A DNA stretch of 58,362 bases. Source: Methylocystaceae bacterium (GTDB lineage Bacteria > Pseudomonadota > Alphaproteobacteria > Rhizobiales > Beijerinckiaceae). Shown in pieces: positions 40,968 through 50,161 of this stretch. Both the position numbers and the translations under genes were made by a program. Location: the NCBI GenBank assembly GCA_003134075.1, contig PLAI01000141.1, positions 30,352 to 88,713 of the forward strand, read 5' to 3'. The first letter of the stretch is position 1. Each line of letters starts with the position of its first letter. The notes beneath the pieces were generated by a model that searched no databases, was not told the origin of the DNA, and saw only the letters and a list, made by a program, of their open reading frames with translations.

Positions 40968-41765
40968 TCAGTGCTCCCTTGAGATGACGTTCGAGATATC
41001 GATCGGCCCGGCCCCTCCGCCGTGGGGCCACAGACGTTCCCGCGCGATTTCCTTGACCATCGGGTCCTCGTCTTTCGCGAGCGGCGCTAAATAGGCTGGC
41101 GCCGCCCGGCGCGCGACTTCGTACCGAACGCGCCAGTCGGCGTCGTGGGTGAGGGCGGGAAGCGCGTCCGCCGGCAAGCGCTGCGCCGCCTCGGCGCGAA
41201 TGCTCGCCTCCGGGTCTTCGGTCAAAATGCGCAGCGCGGGCATTGGAATTCGACGCGCCACCGCGCGCCGCACCTCGACGTCGAGATCTCGCACCATCAG
41301 AATGAGAAGATCGACTGATATCCGCCGCGCCACGACTTGCCGGACCGCGTAGTCCGCATCGGAAATCATTGGCCGCAGGTCTGGCGGATCGAGACGTTGC
41401 GCGACCCGAATTCGCACTTCGCGATGCGGGTCGTCGCGCAATTTCAGAAGGTAGCTTTTCGGCAAGCGTCGCGCCGCGCTCCAGCGCACTGCTTCTTCCG
41501 GATCGGAAAGCATCGGCGGCAACAAGAAGACGTCGGCGGCCTTGGCCGCGCACGCGCGCACTTCGAAGTAGGGGTGGCGCAAATAGGATCCGGCGAGGTC
41601 GGGGTTCCAATCGAAGAACCGATCGATGCGACGAGCGTAGCGATCAAACACGCAGGCGCGCAATGGCTGACATTTCTCCGCCTCGCGAAGCGGAAGATGC
41701 GGGCAAGCGCTACAGTCCAAGGGGGCGCCGAGCCAGTCGATCGCCTCGTCGATTTCAGTCGACAT
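40968..41765 (-). CDS. LRV (leucine-rich repeat variant) protein with N-terminal 4-Cys Fe-S domain, copy 1
   Basis: C..C.........C.....C followed by ~24-aa repeats (D...VR..AA.RL). Confidence 0.85.
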   Translation of the reverse strand: MSTEIDEAIDWLGAPLDCSACPHLPLREAEKCQPLRACVFDRYARRIDRFFDWNPDLAGSYLRHPYFEVRACAAKAADVFLLPPMLSDPEEAVRWSAARRLPKSYLLKLRDDPHREVRIRVAQRLDPPDLRPMISDADYAVRQVVARRISVDLLILMVRDLDVEVRRAVARRIPMPALRILTEDPEASIRAEAAQRLPADALPALTHDADWRVRYEVARRAAPAYLAPLAKDEDPMVKEIARERLWPHGGGAGPIDISNVISREH

Positions 41766-42276
41766 CGTCGCGCTCCCGTTGTTCGAGAACCGCGAGAAGG
41801 ATCGCGGCGCCAACCTTGTCGGTGGGGTCGAGTTCGAGCAGCTTGCCGACCGCCGCGCGGCCTTCCTCGATGTCGCCAAGGCGCATATTGAGATAGGCGT
41901 AACCCTTCAGCACGAACATGAAGAAGCGCGCCATCGGAGCGTCGAAGGAGGCGAACGCGGCCTGTCCGGGACGAACGAGACGCCAGTCGAGCGGCAGCGA
42001 ATTGTCGATCGCCGCGCGGAGCAAGCAGGTCCGGGCGACGTCCAGCGCCTCGACCAGTCGGCCCTTGTAAAAGAAAAAGCGGTAGAGGCCGATCAGCACG
42101 GCGACGTGGTTTGGCGCGAGACGGCGGGCCTCGCGCAAATGCGCGAGCGCCGTCTCCGCTTGATCGTAGCTTAGCCCCGCCTGATGGAGCAGGCTTTCAG
42201 CTTCGGGCGGGAGACCGCCCCCGAACACGGAAGCGCCCAGGACGTCCGTCATTTCGTCGATGGCCGCAAGTGTCAT
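41755..42276 (-). CDS. TPR-like helical protein, copy 1
   Basis: Helical-hairpin pattern A..LAP, LELDP; operonic between iscA and the LRV gene. Confidence 0.7.
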   Translation of the reverse strand: MTLAAIDEMTDVLGASVFGGGLPPEAESLLHQAGLSYDQAETALAHLREARRLAPNHVAVLIGLYRFFFYKGRLVEALDVARTCLLRAAIDNSLPLDWRLVRPGQAAFASFDAPMARFFMFVLKGYAYLNMRLGDIEEGRAAVGKLLELDPTDKVGAAILLAVLEQRERDDVD

Positions 42277-42310
42277 GACGGCGTCTCCCGAAGGCGAAGT
42301 CGTCCGGTTT

Positions 42311-42652
42311 TCAGGCCGTGACCGACTCGGAAGCGGTGTCGGTAGTCGAGCAACCGCAATTCTTCTTTTTCGGATCGATGAAGACAAATCCGCTCGACGT
42401 GGCCGTTTCGGCGAAGTCGATCGTGACTCCGTCCAGCAACAGACGACTCTGCGCCGGAAGGAAAAGCTTCAGATCACCGTGTTCGAACAGTTTCTCGCCA
42501 TCGCCCGGCGCCGCCTGGACGCCGAACTCCGCCGACATGCCGGAGCAACCGCCTGGCGAAACCATCAGGCGAAAACCGTAACCAGGCTTGCCGTCGAACT
42601 TCAGCATGCGGCGAATGAATTTCTCCGCCGCGGGGGTGAAAGCGATATTCAT
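42311..42652 (-). CDS. HesB/IscA-family protein (second copy, IscN-like)
   Basis: PGGCSG, SGFVF, CGCS. Confidence 0.88.
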   Translation of the reverse strand: MNIAFTPAAEKFIRRMLKFDGKPGYGFRLMVSPGGCSGMSAEFGVQAAPGDGEKLFEHGDLKLFLPAQSRLLLDGVTIDFAETATSSGFVFIDPKKKNCGCSTTDTASESVTA

Positions 42653-42882
42653 GCCGCGCCTCCCGTCGGCTGGTAGCGCGGAAGGGACGTGTCGATGATG
42701 CAGGTGTCATCGACCGGGCAGACCGCGACGCATTGCGCAACGTCGAAGTAGCCGATGCACTCCGTGCATTTTTTCGGGTTTATGACGAACGTGCCGTTCT
42801 TTTCCGAAATCGCCACATTGGGGCATTCGGCTTCGCACGCCGAGCAAGACGTGCACTGGGAAGCAACTATCTTATACGTCAT
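42649..42882 (-). CDS. fdxN: 2x[4Fe-4S] ferredoxin FdxN
   Basis: [12 protein letters not shown] and CTECIG...CVAVCP; immediately downstream of nifB. Confidence 0.9.
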   Translation of the reverse strand: MTYKIVASQCTSCSACEAECPNVAISEKNGTFVINPKKCTECIGYFDVAQCVAVCPVDDTCIIDTSLPRYQPTGGAA

Positions 42883-42919
42883 TTTTTGCTCCTCTATGGA
42901 GAAGGGTTGAGCGGGACGT

Positions 42920-44473
42920 CTACGCCGAGATGTAGGCGCCCTGCCGGATGTCAGCGTCGCCGCGCGCGACGTGAGCGATCTCGCCGCGCTTCACGCGATC
43001 GAGATAGTCCTTGAAGTAGGCGATGGCCGATTGCTCGATGAACTCGAACGCGTATTGATCGATCGGTTCGATGCCGGCCGCGGTCAGTTCGTCTTTCGGG
43101 CAATGGCCGATTTTGGCGACGAATACCGCCGCGCAATCGTTGATCGCCTTGATCACGGTTTCGAGACTGTCTTCCTCGCCGTAACCGCCTTGGCAATAGA
43201 GATCGACGCGACGGTGGCCGACGAATTTCGCCCCCTTGGAGCTGAGTTCATAGACCTGGAACTCCTTGGCGTGGCCAAAGTGTTCGTTGATGCGGCCTTG
43301 GCCCTTGGTGGCGACGGCGACGAGGATCTTGATGTCGCTCGCCTCTTCGGCCGCGAGCGTCTCAAGTTCGGCGTTCTTCGCCGCGACCTTCGCGAGACGC
43401 TCTTGTTCGACCGCGTTCTGATAGGCTTGACGCGATTCGAGATCGTAGGAAACCTCCATTTCCATGATCTTTTCCGTGGTGAATTCCGCGGAGCGGTCTT
43501 CCCCGAGCAGGCCCACCGCGTCGGCGCGACATTGGCGGCAATGCCGCATCATGTTCATCTCGCCTTCGCAGCTGTCCTGCAACGCCTTCAGTTCTTGCGC
43601 CGTCGGTCCGCGCTGGCCGGTGAGACCAAACACCGTGCCATGTTCGGGCGCGGAAATCAGCGGCATGATGTTATGCAGGAAGGCGCCGCGAGATTTCACC
43701 GCGCGGTTGACCTCGACCAGATGCTTGTCGTTGATCCCGGGGATCATCACGGAATTCACCTTGCAGAGAATGCCGCGCTCGGTCAGCATTTCGAGGCCCT
43801 GCATTTGGCGCTCGGTCAAAATCCGCGCCGCCTCGATTCCGGTGACGCGCTTGTTCTTCCAGAAGATCCAGGGATAGATTTGCGCGCCCACTTCCGGATC
43901 GACCATGTTCACCGTGATGGTCACGTGATCGACGTTGTATTTGGCGATCGTGTCGACGTGATCGGGCAGCGCCAGACCGTTGGTCGACAGGCACAGCTTA
44001 ATGTCGGGCGCCGTCTGCGAGATTAGTTCGAACGTCTTGAATGTCTTGGCCGGATTGGCGAGCGGATCGCCGGGGCCGGCGACTCCAAGAACGGTCATCT
44101 GCGGAATGGTGGAAGCCACGGCGAGCACTTTTTTCGCCGCTTGTTCGGGTGTCAGCTTTTCGCTTACGACGCCGGGCCGGGATTCATTGGCGCAATCATA
44201 TTTGCGATTGCAGTAGTTGCATTGAATGTTGCAAGCGGGCGCGACCGCGACATGCATGCGGGCGTAGTGATGATGCGCTTCTTCGCTGTAACAGGGATGG
44301 TTCTTGACCTTCTCCCAAATCTCTGGCGCCATGTCGTCGGGCCCATCGCTGGTCCCGCAACTGGACTTGCCGGAACCGCCGCTTGTCCCGCAGCCTTTGT
44401 GGTCGGCGATTTTTTGCATGATGTCGTCCAGCGGCTCGGCCGCGGCGAATTCGAAGTTGGAAGAATCGTCCAT
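42920..44473 (-). CDS. nifB: Radical-SAM NifB with C-terminal NifX-like domain
   Basis: [39 protein letters not shown]. Confidence 0.98.
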   Translation of the reverse strand: MDDSSNFEFAAAEPLDDIMQKIADHKGCGTSGGSGKSSCGTSDGPDDMAPEIWEKVKNHPCYSEEAHHHYARMHVAVAPACNIQCNYCNRKYDCANESRPGVVSEKLTPEQAAKKVLAVASTIPQMTVLGVAGPGDPLANPAKTFKTFELISQTAPDIKLCLSTNGLALPDHVDTIAKYNVDHVTITVNMVDPEVGAQIYPWIFWKNKRVTGIEAARILTERQMQGLEMLTERGILCKVNSVMIPGINDKHLVEVNRAVKSRGAFLHNIMPLISAPEHGTVFGLTGQRGPTAQELKALQDSCEGEMNMMRHCRQCRADAVGLLGEDRSAEFTTEKIMEMEVSYDLESRQAYQNAVEQERLAKVAAKNAELETLAAEEASDIKILVAVATKGQGRINEHFGHAKEFQVYELSSKGAKFVGHRRVDLYCQGGYGEEDSLETVIKAINDCAAVFVAKIGHCPKDELTAAGIEPIDQYAFEFIEQSAIAYFKDYLDRVKRGEIAHVARGDADIRQGAYISA

Positions 44474-44588
44474 GACAGCTCCTAACGAGTTGTTATTTCA
44501 CAAGACACCTCGCGGAGCGCATCGTGACGTCGACGGGCTTTGATATGGCCGCTTCGTCGCGCAGCGCGATCCGATTTCTGGAAAGGTT

Positions 44589-44604
44589 CGCAACAAGCGT
44601 GCCA
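44589..44604 (-). promoter_or_regulatory. sigma54 promoter of the nifB operon
   Basis: Minus strand TGGCACGCTTGTTGCG, canonical. Confidence 0.92.
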
Positions 44605-44663
44605 TCTCGTTCAATTTGATAAATTACAACATAAACAGAATGTTATTGGCTAACCCGGGTGGT

Positions 44664-44720
44664 TGTTGGCATGCCGACAACGAACATAGGGGCACGCTTT
44701 CGTTTGTCGCCAACTCGACA
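44664..44720. promoter_or_regulatory. Two NifA UAS
   Basis: TGT-TGGCATGCCG-ACA (44664-44679) and TGT-CGCCAACTCG-ACA (44705-44720). Confidence 0.85.
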
Positions 44721-44779
44721 TTTGGACCGCGCGGCGCGTCGCGGCATGTCGGCGGCGCGATATTTGCGTTAGGGGACTC

Positions 44780-45259
44780 ATGAAAGAGATTGGAATGGAA
44801 GCGCCGTCGATCGACTTTGGCGAGTTGCCGGCGCCGATCAATGAACTGCTGCAACGCGGAGTTCGGGCTTATCGAAGCGACCGTGAGCTTGCGGACACGC
44901 TGTTTCGGCGAGCTCTAGCGCTGGCGCCCCAGGAGCTGGCGACATATTACTGCCTCTATAAAATACACACCTACATGGGCAACCTCGACTTCGCCGCCGT
45001 CATCGCCAAGCAAGGCATGTGCGAGGCCGCGCGACAAGCCGGATGGAGCGCCGATCCCGCGCATTGGCCGCCTCAAAATGCGGCAGGCGAGGGTCCGGCG
45101 CGCTTCGCATTGTTCACATTAAAGGCGCTCAGCTTCATCGAGCTGAAGCGAGATAATAGGGAAATAGCGCTGAAACATCTGGCCTCGCTTGAGTTTCTCG
45201 ATCCTTCGGGCAGCGTGGGCTGGTCCGTGATTTCTCAACTGGCGCAAGGGTGCGCGTAA
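44780..45259 (+). CDS. TPR-like helical protein, copy 2 (directly upstream of nifA)
   Basis: Aligns by eye with 41755..42276: LL...A..LAP...LY...Y.G.L...ARF..F.LK...L..LDP...VG. Confidence 0.72.
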   Translation: MKEIGMEAPSIDFGELPAPINELLQRGVRAYRSDRELADTLFRRALALAPQELATYYCLYKIHTYMGNLDFAAVIAKQGMCEAARQAGWSADPAHWPPQNAAGEGPARFALFTLKALSFIELKRDNREIALKHLASLEFLDPSGSVGWSVISQLAQGCA

Positions 45260-45285
45260 AAACCGTGAACCGCGCGACAATGTCC

Positions 45286-45300
45286 GCGTCGGTTTGTCGC
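45286..45300. promoter_or_regulatory. RegR/RegA(PrrA)-like box upstream of nifA
   Basis: GCGTC-GGTTT-GTCGC fits GCGNC-N5-GNCGC; the motif is GC-rich, so a chance match is possible. Confidence 0.4.
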
Positions 45301-45319
45301 GGAGACATTGTCTCAAATG

Positions 45320-45335
45320 CGGCATGCGCTTTGCG
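45320..45335 (+). promoter_or_regulatory. Putative sigma54 promoter of nifA
   Basis: CGGCATGCGCTTTGCG: GG-N10-GC, ~50 nt before the ATG that has an AGGAG RBS. Confidence 0.6.
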
Positions 45336-45384
45336 TATATTATGACAATAAGGCCACTCCCACGCGTTCTTTCAGGAGAAGGCA

Positions 45385-47127
45385 ATGGGCTGTCACCCCG
45401 GACCCAGCATGACCATATCAGCAATGCCGTCGTCGAACTTGAGCGAATCCGCTTTGGTCGGCATCTACGAAGTATCGAAACTACTGGCATCCCCCAACCG
45501 CCTCGAACGCACCTTGGCGGGGGTGCTAGCGCTGCTATCGAGTTTTCTCGACATGAGGCATGGGCTGTTCGCCTTGCTGGATAAGCAGGGCGAACCGGAA
45601 ATCGTCGTGGGGTCCGGTTGGTCCGAGACCAACGCGAAAAAATATTTCGATCATTTGCCCGAGCGCGCGGTTGGCCAGATCTTCGCCACCAAAATGCCGC
45701 TGGTCATCGAAAACGTGCACACATCGCCTTTGTTCGAGGGGTCGGATCTCTCGGATTGGGGTCCAACGGACGGCCAGCCGTTTTCGCTGGTCGGCGTGCC
45801 GATCAAGGACGGCGACACCGTGGTCGGCACGCTGACGATCGATCGCGTATTCAGCGATCGCTCGGCGATCAGGTTCGATCACGATGTCCGCTTTCTGACC
45901 ATGATCGCCAATCTGGTCGGGCAAACATTACGGCTGCATAAGCTTATCTCGCGCGACCGCGACAGGCTGATGCAGGAGAACGCGCGCCTCGGCAAGGGCG
46001 ACCGGCCGACGATCGCCGAATCGAAGATTAACGGGATCAAGGGCATTGTCGGATCCAGCCCGTCCGTGAGCGCGGTGATCGACAAAATCCGCATCGTCGC
46101 CAAATCTCGATCGACCGTGCTGCTGCGTGGCGAATCGGGCACCGGGAAGGAATTGTTCGCGGCGGCGATTCACAATCTCTCGCCGCGCCATTCCAAGCCG
46201 TTCGTGAAGCTCAACTGCGCCGCGCTGCCTGAAAGCGTGTTGGAGTCCGAATTGTTCGGCCATGAGCGCGGCGCCTTCACGGGCGCGGCGAACTTGCGCA
46301 AGGGCCGGTTCGAACTGGCCGACGGCGGCACGTTGTTCCTTGACGAAATCGGCGAGATCACGCCTTCCTTCCAGGCCAAGCTGCTGCGCGTTTTGCAGGA
46401 AGGCGAATTCGAACGGGTCGGCGGTTCGCGCACGATGAAGGTGGATGTCCGCTTCGTTTGCGCCACCAATAAAAATCTCGAAGAAGCCGTGCAGAAGGGC
46501 GAGTTCCGCGCCGATCTCTACTATCGTATCAGCGTCGTTCCGATTTTTCTGCCGCCGCTGCGCGAGCGCAAGGGCGATCTCGGGCCTCTCGCCAACGAGT
46601 TCCTGCGCCGGTTCAACGCCGAACAGGGCACGCATCTCACGCTGTCTCCTTCCGCCATGGAGGTGCTCTCGGAATGCGGCTTTCCCGGCAACATCCGCGA
46701 ATTGGAGAATTGCGTGTTCCGCACCGCGACATTGGCGCGGGGAGAGGCGATTATCGACAAGGATTTCTCCTGCCGCAACGATGGCTGTCTCTCGGCCGTG
46801 TTGTGGAGCGGTTCGCATGAGGCGCCGTCGCCGTCGCCTCTGTTCAAGCAGCAGTTGCCGATCGTCCCCAGCCAAAAGGCGCCGGTCGCCGCCGAGCCGC
46901 GCCCGCCCGCGCCAAGCGCCGCGGAACCGGACGCGCCGATGAATTGTCCAGGGGCGGAAAACTGCACCGTTGTGGGCGTCGATCAGCGCGGCGATCGCGA
47001 GAAACTCATCCGCGCGATGGAGCAGGCGGGTTGGGTGAAGGCCAAGGCGGCGCGTCTGCTCGGCTTGACGCCGCGCCAGATTGGCTACGCGTTGCAAAAG
47101 CATGACGTGCCCGTGCGGAAATTCTAA
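45385..47127 (+). CDS. nifA: Nif-specific sigma54 activator NifA, O2-sensitive type
   Basis: GAF domain, GESGTGKE, ELFGHERGAFTGA, C-x11-C-x19-C-x4-C motif, C-terminal HTH AKAARLLGLTPRQIGY. Confidence 0.97.
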   Translation: MGCHPGPSMTISAMPSSNLSESALVGIYEVSKLLASPNRLERTLAGVLALLSSFLDMRHGLFALLDKQGEPEIVVGSGWSETNAKKYFDHLPERAVGQIFATKMPLVIENVHTSPLFEGSDLSDWGPTDGQPFSLVGVPIKDGDTVVGTLTIDRVFSDRSAIRFDHDVRFLTMIANLVGQTLRLHKLISRDRDRLMQENARLGKGDRPTIAESKINGIKGIVGSSPSVSAVIDKIRIVAKSRSTVLLRGESGTGKELFAAAIHNLSPRHSKPFVKLNCAALPESVLESELFGHERGAFTGAANLRKGRFELADGGTLFLDEIGEITPSFQAKLLRVLQEGEFERVGGSRTMKVDVRFVCATNKNLEEAVQKGEFRADLYYRISVVPIFLPPLRERKGDLGPLANEFLRRFNAEQGTHLTLSPSAMEVLSECGFPGNIRELENCVFRTATLARGEAIIDKDFSCRNDGCLSAVLWSGSHEAPSPSPLFKQQLPIVPSQKAPVAAEPRPPAPSAAEPDAPMNCPGAENCTVVGVDQRGDREKLIRAMEQAGWVKAKAARLLGLTPRQIGYALQKHDVPVRKF

Positions 47128-47132
47128 AGCCC

Positions 47133-47900
47133 ATGGTCGGCGATTTCGATCCGGACGCGCACCCGTTGGATTGGCAGGGTCAGCCGGTCCGCTGTCGCGA
47201 TTGCGCCCATTTCTCGCTCAACCGCGAGGGCCTTTGCCGCAAGGGCGCGGCGTGCGTGCGCGATCGGCGCGCGCGCCGCGTCGACGGCTTCTTCAAAAAG
47301 CATCCGCAGCTCGCGAACAACTATCTCGACCACTCCTATTTCGAGGTGCGCGCGATGGCGGCGAAATACGCCAGCCTGTTGCGCTTGCAAACCCTGTTGA
47401 TCGATCCGGAACCCGAGGTGCGCGCCATGGCTGCGGCGCGCCTCCCGACTTCGCGTCTCGGCGCGCTCGCCCGCGACCCAGAGCCGCGCGTGCGCATCGT
47501 TCTGGCCAATCGATTGGAAGGCGCCGCGTTGGTCGCGATGCTGGACGATCCCGACTATCTGGTGCGCGTGAATGTGGTGCGGCGCCTTGATCCCGATCTG
47601 CTGCCCTTGGCGGTTGGAGACGCGGACCCGGAGGTGCGCGGCTGGGTGGCGCGGCGGCTGCCGCCGGAACGGCTTGGTTTGTTGATGTTCGACCCGGAGC
47701 CATTGGTGCGCCTTGTCGTCGCCGAGCGCCTGCCGGAGGAACGGCTCGAGGCCATGCGCGAGGACGAGGATCTCCGCGTGCGCTTCACGGTGGCCGAACG
47801 CGCGCCAATGGCTTTGTTGCCGGCTCTGCTGAACGACAAGGACGAACTCGTGCGCGCGGCCGCCCAAGCCAGGCTTTCGTCATCGGAAAGCCGCGGCTGA
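47133..47900 (+). CDS. LRV Fe-S repeat protein, copy 2
   Basis: CRDC.........C.....C then DPEPEVR..AA.RL repeats; 5 nt after the nifA stop. Confidence 0.85.
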   Translation: MVGDFDPDAHPLDWQGQPVRCRDCAHFSLNREGLCRKGAACVRDRRARRVDGFFKKHPQLANNYLDHSYFEVRAMAAKYASLLRLQTLLIDPEPEVRAMAAARLPTSRLGALARDPEPRVRIVLANRLEGAALVAMLDDPDYLVRVNVVRRLDPDLLPLAVGDADPEVRGWVARRLPPERLGLLMFDPEPLVRLVVAERLPEERLEAMREDEDLRVRFTVAERAPMALLPALLNDKDELVRAAAQARLSSSESRG

Positions 47901-48136
47901 CGCTGGCTCGCGCCGCGCGAAGATCACAGTTTAAATCAAGTCGCCCCTGACAAGTATTCGGCGCGAATATAGCGCCGTTGCGCGGCAAGTCGCGTGCTAA
48001 ATAAAGGCGACGTAATCCACGCAAGACGTAATGCGGCGATAATAATATGACGTTAATTCGTCTTAGGCGCGATATATAGTTATAGTTGCATTATTATACG
48101 TTATTAATACATATAATGTCTATTTTTAGTATGTTC

Positions 48137-48152
48137 TGTTATATAGCGCACA
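48137..48152. promoter_or_regulatory. NifA UAS upstream of the YqeB-like pair
   Basis: TGT-TATATAGCGC-ACA; IHF near-match CAAGTTATTGTTT at 48194-48206. Confidence 0.65.
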
Positions 48153-48234
48153 ATTTGGTGTCGCGGTGTTGCCGCGCGGCGCGGTGGATTGCACAAGTTA
48201 TTGTTTTTAATTCGTGTATTTCTGCCATCCCGCT

Positions 48235-48250
48235 TGGCGCGCAGGTTGCA
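48235..48250 (+). promoter_or_regulatory. sigma54 promoter of the YqeB-like pair
   Basis: TGGCGCGCAGGTTGCA: GG-N10-GC. Confidence 0.8.
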
Positions 48251-48295
48251 TGGGTGTTTCGAGGGAGTGAGGCTTGGCAATCTAGGGGGCATTCA

Positions 48296-49156
48296 ATGCG
48301 GGAAGTCGTGGCGCCATCAAATCGATATATTCAACCCTATGCATTGATTCTCGGAACGAACGAGATCGCCTCCGCCGTGGCGGTGGAAATGCGCCGCGCG
48401 GGTTGGTCCGTCGTGCTTGCTCACGATCCCTTTCCCCCGGTCATTCGCCGCAAAATGGCGTTTCACGATGCCCTGTTCGGCGAATCGGTCGTGATCGAGG
48501 CGATAGAAGGCGTGCTGGCCGAGGATGTCCTCGATCTCTTGGACGCTTTGAACGCGAGCCAGCATGTAATTGTGACGCGGCTTCAACTACCCGATCTCAT
48601 CGCGCTCCGCACGCCGGAGGTCCTGATAGATGGACGAATGCAGATGTACCGCGTCACGCCAGACTTGCGCCACATAGCGCCGATGACGATCGGCTTGGGG
48701 CCGAACTTCGTGGTTGGCGAAAACTGCGACATAGCGATCGAAACGAAGCCGAGCCGATCGGGACGCCTCGTCAAGCGCGGCTCGTCCGAGAAAGCCGATC
48801 ATGATCCGCAGCGATTGGGCGGCCTGGGCAAGGAGCGGTTCGTCCATGCCTCTCGCGAAGGGCTTTGGCACACGGCGGTCGACATTGGCGTTCGTGTTTT
48901 CAAGGACTTTGTCGTCGGGCGTTTGGACGGATTGCCGGTCTGCGCGCCGGTCGACGGAGTGGTGCGCGGCGTCGCTCGCGACGGTTCGCGCATCGCGCCT
49001 GGCGTCAAGGTGCTCGAAATCGACCCGCGTGGCCGCGACGCGCAATGGACAGGAATAGACAATCGATCAACTCTAATCGCCAGGTCCGTGCTAAAGGCGG
49101 CTCAAGGCGGCGAATTGGAGCGGGCGGCGAAGTCGAACTCGTCGATTCTCGCGTAA
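48296..49156 (+). CDS. YqeB/EF2563-like protein (selenium-dependent Mo-hydroxylase accessory family), copy 1
   Basis: ILGTNEIASAVA, P..IRRKMAFHDA, IGLGPNF, APVDGVVRG, KVLEIDPR. Confidence 0.75.
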   Translation: MREVVAPSNRYIQPYALILGTNEIASAVAVEMRRAGWSVVLAHDPFPPVIRRKMAFHDALFGESVVIEAIEGVLAEDVLDLLDALNASQHVIVTRLQLPDLIALRTPEVLIDGRMQMYRVTPDLRHIAPMTIGLGPNFVVGENCDIAIETKPSRSGRLVKRGSSEKADHDPQRLGGLGKERFVHASREGLWHTAVDIGVRVFKDFVVGRLDGLPVCAPVDGVVRGVARDGSRIAPGVKVLEIDPRGRDAQWTGIDNRSTLIARSVLKAAQGGELERAAKSNSSILA

Positions 49157-49227
49157 ATCGCCGTTGCCCGCGATCCGTTTTCGCTATTCAATCCGAGTCT
49201 GGATCACCGCTAATCGAAGTTAAAGCC

Positions 49228-50052
49228 ATGAGCGAAGAAACCTGCATCCTGGTCTGTGGCGTCGGCGAGACCGCTTCGGCGGTGGCGCGCCGGCTTTTCG
49301 CCGAGGATCGCGCGGTCGCGATTCATCAGGCGACGCCGCCGCGAACGCTTCGGCGAAAGATGGCCTTCTCCGACGCATGGTTCGACGGCGCCGCGTCACT
49401 CGACGGAGTCGAGGCCAGGCGCGCCGATTTGAGCAGCGAGTTTCTGCTCGGCCTTCGAGCTCGCCAATTCATTCCGCTTCTCACGCAACGGTTCGCCGAT
49501 GTGGTCGAACGCTGGCCGTGGGACGTGATCGTCACGGCCCGCGGCGAGGACGGTTCCCCGGGGGACTATCTGGCTGATCTCGCCGATTTGACGATCGGCC
49601 TTGGCGCGGGTTTCGTTGCTGGCGAAGACTGCGACATCGCCATCGAAACACAAGGACCAGATCCTGGGGCGATCGTTCGCGCCGGCCGCGTCCCTTTGCG
49701 CCACCAGGGCAAATCCGACGGTGATCTCGCGGATCAGCACGAAGTGCGCGCGCCTTCGTCTGGCCTGTTCCAAACCACGAAAATCATCGGCGCCTTTGTC
49801 GAAGGCGGCGAGGCGCTGGGGACGGTCGGCGAAAGCGTCGTCCTCGCTCCGGTTTCCGGCCGGATCAGAGGTCTGGTTCGAAGAGGGCAGGCGGTCGCGG
49901 CCGCATCGGTAATCGCCGAGATCGCGACATCGAACGCGACGCGGGTCGCGGGCGTCTCCGATCGAGATCAACTGATTTCACGCGGCGTGGCTTTCGCGGT
50001 GGAGATGGAAGTCAGCGGGTGGGCTCCGGCGACTTTCGAGGACTGGCGTTGA
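49228..50052 (+). CDS. YqeB-like protein, copy 2 (more diverged)
   Basis: VCGVGETASAVARRL, LRRKMAFSDA, IGLGAGF, APVSGRIRG. Confidence 0.72.
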   Translation: MSEETCILVCGVGETASAVARRLFAEDRAVAIHQATPPRTLRRKMAFSDAWFDGAASLDGVEARRADLSSEFLLGLRARQFIPLLTQRFADVVERWPWDVIVTARGEDGSPGDYLADLADLTIGLGAGFVAGEDCDIAIETQGPDPGAIVRAGRVPLRHQGKSDGDLADQHEVRAPSSGLFQTTKIIGAFVEGGEALGTVGESVVLAPVSGRIRGLVRRGQAVAAASVIAEIATSNATRVAGVSDRDQLISRGVAFAVEMEVSGWAPATFEDWR

Positions 50053-50161
50053 CTGGCGGAGATCGCCGGCGAGAAAACTCCGCTCCCGGTCGAATGGGAA
50101 TAAGACGCCGCTCAACATTGTGAAACTCGCGCCTTCGCTTCGCGAGTCACGGGAGGAGAAA

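Noticed and set aside
44616-44629. TTGAT-AAAT-TACAA as an FNR/FixK box
   Set aside because: The right half matches poorly and the position between UAS and sigma54 site fits an AT-rich bending region better
44753-44768. CGGCGCGATATTTGCG as a sigma54 promoter for TPR2
   Set aside because: Correct spacing, but a weak -24 and a predicted +1 almost on the first ATG; left unlisted as a feature
45928-47103. 391-aa minus-strand ORF (and similarly 52936..55233 + and 57076..58161 -)
   Set aside because: Antisense to nifA, PBP1A and dnaN; same shadow-frame artefact
48000-48150. AT-rich tract with ModE/Mo-box-like half sites (CGATATATA, TATATAGCG)
   Set aside because: The half sites are ~60 bp apart rather than paired, and one lies inside the NifA UAS; not supportable without a PWM scan
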